This document shows positions 63,211 through 64,000 of a stretch of DNA of 64,000 nt, one piece after another. The notes beneath the pieces were generated by a model. The model saw nothing but the letters and a program-made list of their open reading frames with translations, was not told the origin of the DNA and searched no databases. A program made the position numbers and the translations under genes. Source of the stretch: an uncultured Thiotrichaceae bacterium (lineage in GTDB: Bacteria; Pseudomonadota; Gammaproteobacteria; SZUA-229); the NCBI GenBank assembly GCA_964531165.1, contig CAZHEA010000004.1:24476-88475 (forward strand), written 5' to 3'. The first letter of the stretch is position 1, and every line of letters starts with the position of its first letter.

Positions 63211-63417
63211 TGTAGGAGCGAACTTCAAGTGCGCGAAGTAGTGCATGGATGTACGGGGTCGGAGTCATGCCCGTAATAAACGATGTTTCCTGGTGTGTAC
63301 TCACGGGCATGACTCCGACCCCTGAGGTTAGAGGTTAATATTGTCTGGTGTACACTCCGTGGATGATTCTGATTTAAGGCTTAGAAAACGCTTCGCGAGC
63401 TGAAGCTCGCTCCTACA
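63211..63417. repeat. GTAG-family REP doublet (REPIN-like) enclosing a second palindromic element
   Basis: TGTAGGAGCGAACTTCAAGTGCGCGAAG (63211-63238) and inverted CTTCGCGAGCTGAAGCTCGCTCCTACA (63391-63417). Confidence 0.85.
63255..63322. repeat. GGGGTC-type palindrome with perfect 20-bp arms
   Basis: GGGGTCGGAGTCATGCCCGT / ACGGGCATGACTCCGACCCC. Confidence 0.85.
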
Positions 63418-63441
63418 AAGCGCTCGCTATTTTAAACGGGC

Positions 63442-63471
63442 AAAAAAAGAGCGCTCTGATGAGCGCTCTTT
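63442..63471 (-). terminator. Intrinsic terminator of the FKBP gene
   Basis: GAGCGCTC-TGAT-GAGCGCTC stem with T7 on the minus strand. Confidence 0.85.
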
Positions 63472-63496
63472 AAAACTATCAGATAATTAAAAAGCT

Positions 63497-64000
63497 TTAC
63501 GGCTTCTTAATTTCCAGTAATTCAATTTCAAATAGCAGCACCTGATTAGGGCCTATATTTGCACCGGCACCGCGTTCACCGTAAGCCAGTTCGGATGGAA
63601 TATAGAGTTTCCATTTTGAACCCACTTTCATTAGTTGCAGCGCTTCTGTCCAGCCTTTAATCACGCCATTAACCGGGAAAGTTGCTGGTGCATTACGCTT
63701 GTAAGAACTATCAAATACTTTACCGTCAATCGTTGTGCCGGTGTAATGGGTTACCACGGTGTCAGATGCTTTAGGCATGTCGCCCTTGCCTTCGGTGATC
63801 ACTTCATACTGTAAACCACTTTCAGTTGTTTTGATGCCGTCTTTGGTTTTGTTGGCGGCCAGGAATTTTTCGCCGTCTGCTTTACCTGCAGTGGCCATTT
63901 CTGCCTGTTTAGTCTGCTGTGCTTCCATCATGGTTTTCTGGAAAGCCTGCATGGTGGCTTGCATTTCTTCCGGTGTCATTTTTGGATCAGCACCGGATAA
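63497..64000 (-). CDS. FKBP-type peptidyl-prolyl isomerase (FkpA/FklB/Mip-like), 5' end outside window
   Basis: [42 protein letters not shown]; frame open to window end. Confidence 0.95.
   Translation of the reverse strand, partial: LSGADPKMTPEEMQATMQAFQKTMMEAQQTKQAEMATAGKADGEKFLAANKTKDGIKTTESGLQYEVITEGKGDMPKASDTVVTHYTGTTIDGKVFDSSYKRNAPATFPVNGVIKGWTEALQLMKVGSKWKLYIPSELAYGERGAGANIGPNQVLLFEIELLEIKKP

Noticed and set aside
63211-63417. tRNA or CRISPR interpretation of the structured region after yicC
   Set aside because: No cloverleaf, T-loop or CCA, and no direct repeat-spacer periodicity; REP-like elements explain it

Overview
Chromosomal window of a gammaproteobacterium with moderately low GC, probably a marine sulfur-oxidiser or mixotroph (inferred from gene content only). 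Housekeeping genes include the rmuC 3' end, slt, djlA, sucAB-lpdA-sucCD, cmoAB, rdgB-rph, yicC and an FKBP PPIase. Transport loci are an RND pair, a TatT-containing TRAP (TPAT) system, a Gld-like ABC system and a fadD/yciA/fadL/lipase lipid-uptake cluster. c-di-GMP parts are two PilZ proteins and a REC/HK/REC-PAS-GGDEF-EAL cassette. Three loci stand out. (1) An ECF sigma factor with a transmembrane anti-sigma carrying a DsrE-like Cys domain; a shared 32-bp promoter-like motif links it to an operon of two unannotated secreted Cys/His-containing proteins. (2) A tight block of seven hypothetical genes at 23.9-27.4 kb. (3) A phosphoribulokinase paralogue that lacks Ru5P-binding residues and carries an Arg-rich insert. 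Also present are an SRPBCC gene broken by compensating frameshifts and several REP-like palindromes. No rRNA, tRNA, CRISPR array or transposase was recognised. All family assignments are by-eye motif recognition; no database search was run.
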